From: Pelomyxa schiedti
Lineage: Eukaryota; Protista; Evosea
Assembly (NCBI GenBank): GCA_020536535.1
Contig: JAHLWZ010000857.1
Span: 6,821 to 70,820, forward strand
DNA: 64,000 bases
Reading direction: 5' to 3'
The position numbers and the translations under genes were made by a program. The notes beneath the pieces are model-generated. The model was given only the letters and a program-made list of their open reading frames with translations. It ran no database searches and was not told where the DNA came from. Shown piece by piece: positions 1-14,442 of the stretch (the stretch's first letter is position 1; the number at the start of each line of letters is the position of its first letter).

Positions 1-94
1 TCTCAACTTGATGAGTCTCTTGGAGGATGTGGGTAAGGAGATTCCCGTTTACAGTTTCGTTGGTGAGTGTATTTATGTACAGCCGATTGGTTTA

Positions 95-1053
95 CTATGA
101 GGACTTCTTGCCCTTGGGCTCAGCATCCGCGGGTTCCTCAATGTAGTCCAAATCAGTAGGGAGGGAGAATTGCCGGTCAATGTCTGCAGGGTCCATGCTC
201 CACTTATCAGCACAGAATTTCTTCAGTGTAAATATGTTGTCTGTCCAGCGGTCAGCGGCTTCTTTCAGTTTGGTAGCCTTCGCATCTGATAATAGATGTA
301 CATTATTGATGCAGAGGTGGAAATAGATTGAGGGGTAGATACCTGTCTGTTGGATTGTCACTGGGTCATTATCAGCCATACTTTCCAATTCTGTGCTCAA
401 AGAGTCATGCTTTGCCCGTAATTCGTCCAGTTGCGCAACAGCCGCTTTGGTTTCCTCCTATGGAACAAAGGGGAATTTGGGTATTAAGGCAATGGAGTGT
501 CCTCATACTGTGCAAGCGTGGGTGGTGTGTAGTTGGGCGTTCTCAGTTGTCAGTCTCTCCAGCTTTTCGGTCAATTCGGCAACTCTTTTTTGTGCAGATT
601 CCAGTGCAACACGTTTCTGTGATAAAGATATGGTAACATGAGGAATGGCTCCGTTCTGTACTCAACCTTTACAGCAGCATCTTTTTTAAATGCCCTGGGA
701 TATAAATGAGCGGGGAGAACAAAAAAAATAAAAACCCCAAACTATTTTCATTGTGTCACATACCAAAAGTACTTCGACGAGCCTATCTTCTCTGTAGAAA
801 CTAAAGAGTCATCCACCAAAGAATTTAGAGTTTCTTCTATTGTATTGGCTACAATGCCCGTGGCCTTCGAGCTAGCAATTACCTCCTTCAGGGTGTATAC
901 TCCTCCCTTGGGGAAGGTTACGTTTCGTGAGGTCACTGACAAGACCCCAACGGCTAACAAAAAGAAAAAACTGAATTCCACACGCACGTTGTCAAGAAAC
1001 CACTCGTGCAATTTGTTCCTTTTTTCCTCCTTGCTCATACCCTTACGCGGCAT
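95..1053 (-). CDS. MND1: Meiotic nuclear division protein 1 (Mnd1), multi-exon
   Basis: Exons read MPRKGMSKEEKRNKLHEWF, GVYTLKEV...GIVANTIEETLNSLVDDSLVSTEKIGSSKYFW and AADRWTDNIFTLKKFC...IDRQFSLPTDLDYIE, which match Mnd1 N- and C-terminal motifs. ATG at 1053, TAG at 95-97. Confidence 0.93.
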
Positions 1054-1895
1054 CTCTGCTCGTTCTTCCGGTTTTTTTTGTTTTTTTGGAAGGGAGCGAC
1101 GCATGCCTGTGAAACCCATCACAAAATACGAACCGTTTGGGCGACGCCGACGTGATTCCGTCAGACACTCCCGCTCCAGCTGTGGGTGCATAGACTTGTG
1201 GGACGCCCAGAGTTACTGTGTTCATGTGGGCCCTTGTGTTACCCTGTCATTCACTGCTCATTCGGCAGTTGTATGAGGCCATCTTCTAGTGATTTGGAAA
1301 AAGGAGTTACTTCATGCAATCGACTTGTCCAAGATCTACCGATCGCATACGGCTGGCTGCTTTGCCCCAGCTTCATGCCATGTATTTTCTATGTCAGGTG
1401 GCACAGGCTACCGTGCCACATGAAATGACCCAAAAATCACTCATGCCCCCAGGAATTCCAGAAGCTGTACAACACCATGAACCTGTCCAAGCCCCATCAC
1501 ATTCACATGTTGAGTTCCTGTGATGACATCCCTCAGTGGAAACCACGGAAGTGCCTGGCTGTGCTCACAGTGAGCCTATCCCTGGCTTTGACACTCAGCA
1601 TACACAACTGTGACAACTTGAAACCCCGTTGACACGCAATTCCAGAGGAGTATAATAGCGACTTACGCAAAAACCTATTTTCACTTCAACCAATAGGGTG
1701 TCATGATTGCATCACCACGTCCAAAGGCCAACCCCAGTTGCCTTTTGGAATTGTGCACAAACAATCAAACAACAAAGATTCACACATCTTTCGTGCCTGT
1801 TCGCTAGAATCAAAGAAAACTCGTTCCGGTAATCATAAACACAAGAAAAAAAACAAGAACAAACAAAAACAAAATCCCCAAGCACAACAACCAGG

Positions 1896-3066
<1,171 letters not shown>

Positions 3067-3474
3067 GGAAAGTTACAAAACGTGGCCTAAGAAAAACCCT
3101 CCTTTGCTCACTTTTTTTTTGTTCTTTATGTTAAACAACAAAAAGAACCGTTGACTGGTGGCGTCATTCTTCCCTCAGGATACCAGGAAGCTCGGCCTCT
3201 TTTGCAACCCACAATTCCTGTTGGGTTGTGAGCCAGTACAACTGCGGAATCTTTTTGAGTTGGAACCCAGTTCAGTGATGACAACATCTCGAGATTTATG
3301 AACACCATGATTTCAGAAACCTGTTCTAGCTGACGGATTTTTTTTTTCTGAATGATGCCACAAAGAGCCATCCACCTGCACAATCCTGCTCAGACCCTCG
3401 TTAGAGAATTTTCCTTCCAATCAAACCTGTGTAAGAAATAAAAAAGCAAACAAAAACAAGGCCTAAACGAGAAA

Positions 3475-6400
3475 ATGACCAGCAAGGACGACCGGGTACG
3501 CGTTCCCACCCACATCCACCTGTTTTTCGTTGCCTGTATCTCTCTCACTCACTCACGCTGACCCACTCGTAGGCCACGTTTGGTAGCGCAGCAGGGGGAT
3601 ACGACGCGGATGTGTACTCTGGAACAGCGAAGCCAACAAAGTCGACCGCGCTCCCCGACGACGACGAGGAGGCCGACGACGAGACGCCGGTGACGTCATC
3701 GTCGGGGGGCAGTGCAACTGCGCCGTCGTCTTCGTCGTCTTCGGGGGGGGAGGCGCAAAGCGGCGAAAAGTCGTCGTCGTCGAGGAAAGAAAAACACGGC
3801 AGAGATAGAGACAGGGAAAGGAGCTCAAAGTCACACCACTCCCATCACTCTGCTGAGGAGAAGGATCAGAAGAAGAAGAGGCCCAGGGAACCAGTATGCT
3901 CTTTTTTTTTTTTTTCCCTCCCCTTTCCCCAAACCTATATTGTAAATTTATTATGTGGGCATCGTACAAATTCAACCACCCAGACATTGTGGAGCTTGAG
4001 GTTCACACATAAAACTTCTTGTTTTACGCCATAAAAAAAAACAACCAAATAGCATAATTAAGAACGGATTGACAATTTAATCAGGAAGAAGATGATGGAC
4101 CAAACAAACGATCAAGAGTTGAAGAAGCTGAAAAAGCCAAGTCGGAGTGGGACCAAGAAGAGCAACCTAAACCGGCCTCTAGATGGGATACCCCACCAGT
4201 TGGGCACATAAAACCTGATATATCTGACACCCCAGCTTTGCAGTCGAGAAAGAATAGGTATTGCCTTGCAATATTAAAATGATTGCTTATTAAATAAGGT
4301 GGGATGAAACACCACGCCCAGCAGCAGTAGCCACTCCCCAGCACCCTGGAATTGGGTCGTCCAGTAGTGGATGGGACGATGCCAAAGCCACCGCAAGTAC
4401 AACTAACGTTGATGCAACTCCATCAAAGCGGTCTCGATCCCGATGGGATGAATCCCCAGGAAACATCTTGCCACTTGGAGTCAGCCCAGCCATTACACCG
4501 GGAGCCAGTGCTGGTGGTGCAACCCCAATGGGGGGTATGGGGGCAACTCCAACTCCAGGGCAACTGTCAAGAATGATGACCCCCGAACAAATGATGGCAG
4601 TGAGATGGGACAGAGAGATTGATGAAAGGAATAAGTACTTGTCGGATGAAGAACTTGATGCACTTTTCCCACCCGACGGATACACTATAATGGAGCCACC
4701 GTCAGATTATAAACCAATTCGAACCCCTGCCCGCAAGTTTGCCGCCACACCAACCCCAATTGCTACACAGCATGGTTTCGTGATGACTGAGGATACTCCC
4801 CGTGCTGAAGTTGGTGTGTAGTATAAAAAAACAACACAAAAGCATGAAACCTAAATTGTTCACAATAGGAATGCCTATTGAGTTACCGAATTTGCCGGCT
4901 ATCAAGCCAGAGGATAGACCTTACTTTGAGAAAATTCTTACTACAACCGAAGAGGAAGAAGCACTCCTTCCATTGGAAGAGCAGAAAGAAAGAAAACTGA
5001 TGAAGTTACTTCTGAAGGTAAGATGGCAAGATTTGAGATGCAGTTCCTTACTTTTTTTCTCAAAAAAATAGGTGAAGAATGGCAACCCAGCAATGCGTAA
5101 ACAAGCTCTTAGGACTATAACCGATAAAGCAAGAGAATTTGGCCCTGCGTGTTTATTCAACAACATCCTGCCGCTACTCATGAGTGTTACTCTAGAGGAT
5201 CAAGAAAGGCATTTGTTGGTGAAAGTCATTGACAGGATCTTATACAAACTTGATGACTTAGTGCGACCTTATGTTCATAAAATTCTTGTACGTCTCCTTG
5301 TTGTATAACAAATCTCACTGGTGTAATAGGTCGTTATTGAACCCCTTTTGATTGACGAAGACTATTATGCCCGCGTTGAAGGTCGTGAAATTATTAGTAA
5401 TCTCAGTAAAGCAGCAGGCCTTGCAACGATGATTGCCACAATGCGCCCCGATCTGGATCACGTAGATGAATACGTCCGAAATACAACAGCGCGTGCCTTC
5501 TCTGTTGTAGCTAGTGCCCTAGGAATTCCCGCATTGTTGCCTTTCCTCAAGGTTTGCCGTCGCAGCGTCATTCGTTTCATTTGACCACCTTTCAGGCCGT
5601 CTGTCAAAGTAAAAAATCTTGGCAGGCACGCCACACAGGTATCAAGATTGTTCAGCAAATTGCTATTCTCATGGGATGTGCTGTGTTGCCACACCTTAAA
5701 AATCTTGTTGAAATCATCGAACATGGGTTGAAGGTAACTTGTTAAACCCATGTCTTTCCTATTGATTTTTATGCTAGGATGAACAAACCAAAGTACGCAC
5801 CATAACTGCACTAGCACTGGCCGCGCTTGCTGAAGCTGCCACACCCTATGGTATCGAATCTTTTGATAGTGTTCTGAGGCCCTTGTGGTATGGGTTGCGT
5901 GAACACCGCGGGAAAAGCTTGGCAGCCTTCCTCAAAGTACCAAACCACATATTTACTTAACTTGTTAAGCCCCACTAGGCAATTGGTTACATCATCCCCC
6001 TGATGGATGCAGATTTTGCCAGCTACTACACAAAGGAAGTCATGATCACATTGATTCGTGAGTTCCAAAGCCCTGATGAAGAAATGAAGAAGATTGTCTT
6101 GAAAGTTGTCAAGCAATGTGTTGCAACAGATGGCGTGGAGCCATCATATGTCCTCACAGACATCCTTCCTGAGTTCTTCCGACATTTCTGGGTAAGAAGA
6201 ATGGCTTTGGATAAAAGAAACTACAAGCAGCTTGGTATGTCTTCTTAGCTACAATATTCGCTCCTAACTGAAAATTTAGTTGATACAACTGTCGAACTGG
6301 CTCGCAAAGTTGGTGGAAGTGACATCATTCGGAGGGTCGTTGAAGATTTGAAAGATGAGTCTGAGCCTTTCCGTAAGGTAAGTGGCCTCTTTCCCACAGT

Positions 6401-8179
6401 TAAGTACTAAAAAGTAACTGAAGATGGTGATTGAAACTGTTGATAAAATTATGGCCACCCTGGGAGCAAGTGACATCGACCAGAGGCTGGAAGAGCAACT
6501 TGTAGATGGTATTCTATACGCTTTCCAGGAACAAGGTTCACATCCTACTCAAAATGGAGATTCTAAATAATCAACAGCGTCTGACGACAACATGGTGATG
6601 CTGAATGGGTTTGGTACCGTTGTGAACTCACTTGGTCTTAGGGTGAAACCTTACCTACCCCAAATTTGCGGTACCATCAAATGGAGATTGAACAATAAAG
6701 TGTGTGCATCCTTATTTTTTCGCAATCTTACCTATCATTGTAGTCTGCCAAGGTCAGGCAACAAGCAGCAGACATTATCGCACGAATTGCTGTTGTGATG
6801 AAAACATGTGGTGAAGAACAACTCCTGAGCCATTTGGTAAATTACGAATTCCTTTTTCCCTTATTAATACACCAAAAGGGTGTCGTTTTGTATGAATACC
6901 TGGGTGAGGAATACCCTGAAGTTTTGGGTTCAATACTGGGCGCCTTGAAGGCCATTGTGAATGTAATTGGTATGGCCAACATGAATCCCCCAATCAAGGA
7001 CTTATTACCACGGCTCACTCCAATTCTCAAAAACAGGTAACCTTACTGGTTTTTTTTTCCTATTGTATAACCTCAACAATCCCAGACACGAAAAAGTTCA
7101 AGAGAACTGCATTGACCTTGTGGGCCGTATTGCTGATCGCGGTGCCGAACTGGTGAGTGCAAGAGAGTGGATGCGAATCTGCTTCGAGTTGCTGGAGATG
7201 CTGAAAGCCCACAAAAAGGGAATCAGACGAGCAACTGTAAACACATTTGGATACATAGCCAAAGCCATTGGACCACAAGATGTCTTGGTTACACTTCTCA
7301 ACAATCTGAAGGTTCAAGAACGACAGAACAGAGTGTGCACTACAGTTGCTATAGGTACAATGAACTATTTTTGTGTTGGATACTTCTAATCTCCTTATCT
7401 GAACAGCCATCGTCGCTGAGACTTGTTCCCCCTTTACTGTCTTACCTGCACTAATGAATGAATATCGCGTTCCGGAACTCAACGTTCAAAACGGTGTACT
7501 CAAGGTTTTCCCCTTTTGGGTAACCTTTCTCTAACATTACCATAGTCTCTCTCCTTCTTGTTCGAGTACATTGGTGAGATGGGCAAAGACTACATCTATG
7601 CTGTGACACCGCTCCTTGAGGATGCACTGATGGACAGGGATTTGGTGCACAGACAAACTGCGTGTTCTGTTGTCAAACGTATTTTCTTGACCTTAGCCTT
7701 CAATTGCACTTAACCACGCGTTTAGACATGGCACTTGGCGTCGCCGGCCTGAGCTGTGAGGATGCTCTGGTACATCTTCTCAACTACGTGTGGCCAAACA
7801 TTTTCGAGACTTCACCACACGTCATAAACGCTGTAACTGAAGCTGTGGATGTATGTCTTACTACTTGCTAAAAAGCGAAAATAGAACTAAAACACCTTCA
7901 GGGGATGCGCGTTTCTCTTGGAAGTGCAACTGTTTTACTTTACTTGCTCCAGGGTCTATTCCACCCGGCTAGGAAAGTGAGAGAAGTGTACTGGAAGCTT
8001 TACAACAACGCATACATAGGGAGCCAGGTATCCCAAACCAAAAAAAAAACAAAACTATCCCCACTCAATGTAATAACCTCACACAAATCACACAGGACGC
8101 TCTGGTAGCGCACTACCCCCGCATCGACGATGATGAACGCAACTCGTTCTTACGCTATGAGCTGGACTTGTTCATATAA
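3475..8179 (+). CDS. SF3B1: Splicing factor 3B subunit 1 (SF3b155/Hsh155), many short introns
   Basis: RWDETP-type repeats, [84 protein letters not shown] and [15 protein letters not shown]. The start (MTSKDDR, then an intron) is inferred and the stop is TAA 8177-8179. Confidence 0.97.
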
Positions 8180-8286
8180 TAACCATAAAGGGACATCCCA
8201 AAAGTGAAAAATTTTCGGATCCCAAAATTCCCGTTTATCTTCCTTTCTTCGAAAAGTGCTTTCTTTCCATCAATCAAGACAAAACG

Positions 8287-10219
8287 ATGGCGTCGACGCA
8301 AACAGGCAACCCACAACTGGTTTTTTTTTTTAAAACACAGTGCAGTACAAATGCATGCACAGTCGAGCAAACAGCCCAAAACAACCCCATTGCGTCAAAC
8401 ACAAACGAAAGTAACAAAACCCCATTAAAAGATTCTCGGCAGCACCCACGAAACCAAATGATGCTCAAGGCCCTCTCTCAGTTGCAGGCCGGAAACACTG
8501 AGGCTGCAATTGGTCTTGTTTCAGAGGCTGTGAAACATTTTGAGAGCTGTCACTACACCAGCATTGGTTTGACAATTTTCAGCTCACACACTTATGTTTT
8601 CTTTTTTTTTTTTTTTTTTTTCCCCTGTGTTTTTGCCACTAACAAATAAACTAGGAAAACAAACAAGTAAAGGATCACATGAACCAGTGCAAGTAGACGA
8701 ATTATGTTACCTCCCTGGGCTGCTCTTTCTTTACGGTGCGGCTCTACTGACAAATGATTACGTTGCACTGAATCGGCTGCTTCCTACAAACCTTTCAAGT
8801 TCATTTTCCCGTGGCATTTCCTCTCCCACAGTCGACATGATGGGCCATTGCAAGGCCATGTTGTTGTTAGCCAAGAGTGTGGCACCACAGCCAACACATA
8901 ACGAACAAAACGGAGAGGATGAGGGGACTACTACAACAACGAGCCTTTCAGAAGAGTGGGACTCCCTTGTTGCATCATGCACTTATGATGGGGACTTTGG
9001 TAGCGAGTCACAACCTACGATTCCACAAGGAGGGGAGCATAACAGTGACTCTCAACAACAAGAACGGCGGCAAACATCGTGGGCGCGCATGCTTTTCGTG
9101 GCTTTATGGAAAACTTTCTGTTTGGAGGTGACTTCGTGTTTGCCTATCTGGATGGAACTTTCAGATAGTTGCCCTCCAGGAAACCTCCTGCGTTATTCAT
9201 GTCTGTCACTCCTTGGTGCATTATACAGTTGTGGACGTGGGGGGTTGGCTAAGGATAACAATAAAGCCTTCCAGCTCTTCCAGAGGGCTGCTGATGCTGA
9301 ACATGCCAGAGGAACGTTCAACCTGGGGTTGTGTTACAGCAATGGGACTGGCGTTGACAAGGACATCACTCAGGCCCTCCAACTTTGGAGGAGGTCTGCA
9401 GATGCCGGAAATCCAAGAGCGATACTGAAGCTTGCTTTCTGCTACCAGCATGGACAGGGGGTCTGCAGGGACTCCAGCCAGTCTATCCTGCTCTTGCAGA
9501 GAGCTGCTGATGGTGGTGATGCCGGTGCATCGTGCACCCTTGGGGTGCGTTACAAAAACGGTGATGGTGTTGAAGTCGATGTCAAACGGGCTGTGTCACT
9601 TTGGGTGAAGGCCTCTGATTCTGGCGATGCTACCGCAATGAATAACCTTGGTGTATCTTACCAAACTGGAAGTGGCATTGCTGAGGACATCTGCCGGGGT
9701 GTGTCCCTTTACAGGAGGGCTGCCGCTGCTGGCAGTTCTGAAGGAATGTATAACCTTGCCATGTGTTACAAAACTGGCGATGGCGTCGACACAGATATAA
9801 CTCAAGCAATACCATTATTCAGTAAGGCTGCTGAAGCCGGCGATCCCGACGCCATGGTGGAGCTTGGTGTGTGTTACTACGATGGCACCGGTGTTCACAA
9901 GAACCACCGCCGGGCTGCTTCACTCTTCCAGCAGGCTACCGATGCCGGTGAGACCGACGCAATGTACAACCTCGGCCTGTGCTATGAGAATGGACATGGT
10001 GTTGGCAAGGACATCCACCGGGCCGTGTCTCTCTACTGGAGGGCAGCCGATTCCGGCTGTGTGGAGGCAATGGCTGCCCTTGGGATGTGTTTCCAGAAGG
10101 GCCGGGGTGTCACCAAGGACATCAGAATGGCAGTGGCGCTCTACAAGCGAGCGGTAGAAGGCGAACATGAAGGGGCCGGCGAGAGACTCAACACCCTACT
10201 GAAAGGATGCTTTCCGTGA
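8287..10219 (+). CDS. Sel1-like repeat (SLR) protein
   Basis: About 9 tandem 36-aa repeats of the type AMYNLGLCYENGHGVGKDIHRAVSLYWRAADSG in the long exon 8655-10219. The upstream exon joins through intron 8567-8654, and the exact start is uncertain. Confidence 0.88.
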
Positions 10220-11698
10220 GACTGCTTGTGGCGCAGGCACCTCGCCACTGCTTGTCTGAAAATGATCTTCGTAGACTGCCAGTTTAGGGTGCATACCGGT
10301 TGAGAAACTTTGGGGTCTCAAGTCAGGAATAGATAGAGATACCGAGGATTTGAAAGAAACTGTTTATTTTCAATCTATTTGAATTTGATGTGGCAAAATC
10401 GAAGTGGTGTTGTGTTGATTGCGGGTTTTTATCATGCAAGCTGACTGAGAGTGAGTGATGGGAAAAGGGAACCTGCAACTGTGGGTGTGGTGAAGAGAAG
10501 CTTGCTTGAGTAGAGACCAGTTCCGAATAATTGTTGGGAATGCCTGCCCTTTAGTATTAATAATAATAATGAGATGATTTATGCCTTTGGTGCTACCCTC
10601 CCTGCCCAGTGAACAAAGATATATTAGATACCGGGGCATGAAGCCGAGTCTAAGTACAAGCAAAGATGATTCAGGAAACTCGTTGTGAAGCTTTTTTCAT
10701 TTTGTTAGTTGATTTATTGCTGTCCTTTTTTTTTTTTTAATACCTAGCAGGTCTACATTAGGCACCAGCTCGTTTGTACAAAAGCCTCCGCATACATCAA
10801 TAAACCACTCATTATCCCAAAGGAAGGAGGATGTCTTCAATATCATCGAAACCTACCTAATTTATTAGAAAAAACCAACAGCCACACCACCAAGCTGTAA
10901 TCACACCCACAGACAGATTTGCTACATACGAAGCATCTGAAAAATCTTCCTGCGCCCAAGTTCTCTTCATAAGCGAGAGATTTTGAGAAAGATGCGCCTT
11001 TTGCACAAAGCGCGATTGTGTATGCGCCATATGTTCCCTGTGCGGGAAGATTTTTTAATTTTTTTATTATGCACACAGGGAACAAGAGCAACGAAAAAGT
11101 AAAAAAAAGAGGTTGTTGCACGCAAAATCGTCTTTGAAAAAAACGACACCGCCGTTCAACACCAAAAGTAAACAACACGCACCAGACGTCATAGGAGGAA
11201 AAAACATACAATACAGGGGGATCTCCGCACACGAGACGGGGATCGCCGCACAATACCACCGAGGAAGTTTGTCGTTTTTTTTTTATCAATTTATGGCAAT
11301 CATCTTGCCAGGAGGGGGTTTTTCTTTTTGATTTATTGAGAAAACACAAGGTTGGCCCCAGAGGGGCACGCACCGTGACCCCGAAGGATCACGTGACTCG
11401 CATCCCCCAGTACGAAGCTGGGGGCGGCTCAAAAAGACCTGGGTTCCGGAGTTATGCCCGGGACATCATATCCCGCGCGCGCCCCATCACCATCACCCAG
11501 CGTTCCCCGGGCAAGATGGCTGGTTCCATGAGTCTTGGAAGTCACTACACGACTTCGAATGTTTCTGAGTGTATCTACCCGCGCTGTACCCCTCCATTGG
11601 GAATTTTCCGACTTATGGGATATTCTCGCTATCAGTCCCTTTCACCGAAAAATGATCATCATTGAATAGTTAGAACAAAAAAAACTTACGAAAACGCT

Positions 11699-14353
11699 AT
11701 GGAGGGCGTGCCTCTAGTTACCACCGGATCTACGACAACGAGTAGCGGAGATCTCAGTGCAACCGCACCGTGCGTTTCCGAGGCTGGGCTTGCCACAGAA
11801 ACGATTGGCACATCACCTACCTCCACAACTGCAACGTCTACCACTTGCGCATCTGCGTCGGGGGGCACGAGCAACGACCCCCGTAATGAAAAGTCTGTGT
11901 ATGATGGGAGGCAGATATGTGGCGAATCTCTTTGCCCGTTGCTCCCCCTTGTGGCTGAAAAAAAGGAGAAGAAGAAGAAAAAGAAGAAGACTCTGAGAAG
12001 TCATGACAGGCATAAAGAAAAAAAGAAGAAAAAGCATGCTTCGAAGCCCAAGAAAGAAAAGCAAACGAAAAAGAAAAAACACAGTGAAAAAGAATTCAGT
12101 GAGGATGAAGCCTCGACCAGAAAAAAGAGGAAACGACACAGTAAATCCAAGATTGACAACGAATCTGATGAGGCAGTTCCCCCTTCCTCCAAGAAATCCA
12201 GAAAGGACAAAAAATCTCCAAAGAAAAGCAAAGGGGAAGACGAAGAGAGCGAGCTGAGAAAAGTGAAACCACCTATTGCGTTAACTCAGAGCCACTACGA
12301 AACAAGGCAAAGCTGTGCACTGAAAGACGTTGTGCAAGTTCTCACAGCTCCAAATAAACAGTGAGTTCCTCGTTTCAACAATTCAACAATTCACCAAACC
12401 CACATTTCAAAACTACAGGGTAAATTATGTCACGAAAGAGGACATGACAGCTTACACACGTCAACTCAAAATGGTTTTTCGAATCTTTCAAAAGGAGAGA
12501 AGAGATGGTTTGATGACAACACGTGATTTGGATGGGTGTCTTCGAGCACTTGGTAATGTATGTCACCACTGACATCCCAAAAACCAACGGTGCATGTATC
12601 CAGGAAAAAGTGACCCAGAAGGATTTTGCAAAAAGCTTGTGAAAACTGCAGGTGATTCTCATGGCCTAGTTTCTTTAGATGCCTTTATGGAGTATATGGT
12701 GGCACGAAAAAACCTTCGAGTTTCCAAGAAAAAAGCCACAAAAAAGTTCAATGAAGACAAACTTGAGGTCGTTTTCATTACTAAATACCCCACTCACTAA
12801 AGGTAAAAGGAAGCCGAAGCTTCCAAAAGGCCAAGGAAGGTTAAAACCACCCCAAAGAAAGGAGTCACAAACAATCAATCCCCTTCTGCAAAACAGTCAG
12901 AAACACATCTACCAACACCCACTACGCAACAAGGTGCGCACAGGCCGCCAGAACTCCTGCGGGGGCTTTCTTTAACTGATTTCTTCACTGAAAATGCTGG
13001 TATTGAGACAAGCCAAAATATGCACCCAATGAATTAACATATTGGCAATAGGACTTCAGGAAGAAATTCAAGTAGAATCTATGGATTCTTTTGGTAACCC
13101 CCTAGCAAGGTTCTACATTTTTTTTTAATTCTTAATTCCTCTCATGTTTAAAGGGAATATGATCTTGGACTCGAGTCAGCCTTCGGGATTTTTTCTATCA
13201 TCATGTTTCTTGATTCCTCTTTAGCATATTATAATACCCTTCAGGTTCTCTTTCCACAATGAGCATGGCGTGTTTTGGCAGTCAATCCAGGCACTTCAAG
13301 AGAAGGGGTTCCGTACTTATCTTGCGGGGACGGAAGAGGTGTGCAACATCCCAGTCGTTCTGGTATTAATGCAATCAATTAGGAATTTCTGCGAGAATTG
13401 CCAAAATATGATGAAGCGTGGTTTGCTTCAGATAAATCTTCACCCAGTACACATGACCCGAAAAAATTTCTTGAGGCAATAAAAACTTTCAGAGAAAAGT
13501 CTGGTAGTCTTTACGTGTGTAACACTACAACATTCCCTGGTTCTGAAGTTTCTACAACTAGATTCTTGCTGAAAATAGACCGTTCTTCGTTCAAGCAAAT
13601 GAAGTTCTCCCAGAACTCCTTGGTTTCACCTTGGCATTTTTCCTCTTTTCATTATTTTTATGCGCTTACCTTCCAAAAAGGAAGATAATACACCCGGTGG
13701 AAACGTGTTGTCTGTCACACAAAGCAAAATACCTGCCCCAAAAACTTTTTGCAAACATCTAATAACCACCGGCCTGGTTTCTCTTTATGAAGGTATTCTT
13801 TCATAATGTGCGTTTCCAACACATGCCAGGCCACACTATATGCCGGCCATCTTCACTTCCTGCCCGTGAGAGCCTAACAGTCATTGGGATGTCATCTGAT
13901 GGGTACCCGTGTTTCATTTGCTGTGATTATGAAGGCCACAAGGGCAGAATTGTTGTGGACTGTGGGTTCACAAAACTTTGTGATGAGTGGTGGAATCAGA
14001 CTGCTGGGACAGGCAGGTTTGTGCGGAATGTTGCCGTCTGGCTAACAGGACTTGACCACCGTGCCAAAATTGGAGCACCACCCACAGGGCCTTTGCCCAT
14101 CACTCAACCCCAAGGCACTGCTGCGTCCACGGAAGCCAGCACCACAACAACCATTGAACAAACGCCTGCGGTCACACAAGCAATAGAAACGACAACGTCT
14201 TCCTCTGAACTCCCCCCACCATCATCAGCATCCCCAGGCTTGGGGGGCGACACCACACAGAAAGTCGAGGTTACTCCTCTGGAAATAACACCAGAAACCA
14301 CTGAGCCAAAGACCGCTCATTGTGTGGAGGTGCCCACAAAGAGCAACGATTAG
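11699..14353 (+). CDS. Hypothetical protein: Lys-rich N-terminus, calmodulin-like EF-hand pair, uncharacterised C-terminal alpha/beta domain, Thr/Pro/Glu tail
   Basis: LKMVFRIFQKERRDGLMTTRDLDGCLRALG and GDSHGLVSLDAFMEYM are EF-hand-like. Later exons give DSFGNPLAREYDLGLESAF and GRIVVDCGFTKLCDEWWNQTAGTGRFVRNVAVWL, linked by GT-AG introns. A single-gene model is assumed. Confidence 0.65.
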
Positions 14354-14442
14354 CAGCAGAATACATTTGCATTTTGCTTGTAGTAAGGATTTTCGGAAGT
14401 CCAAGGACAGGAGGGATTCTTTTTCGTAATAGAAGTTCTGCC

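Noticed and set aside
1-100. Open + frame ending at TGA 98-100, abutting the MND1 stop
   Set aside because: It could be the tail of an upstream convergent gene, but it is too short to identify.
1200-1800. Short ORFs between MND1 and the SDR gene, and at 10370-11665
   Set aside because: No recognisable motifs or consistent exon structure, so treated as intergenic.
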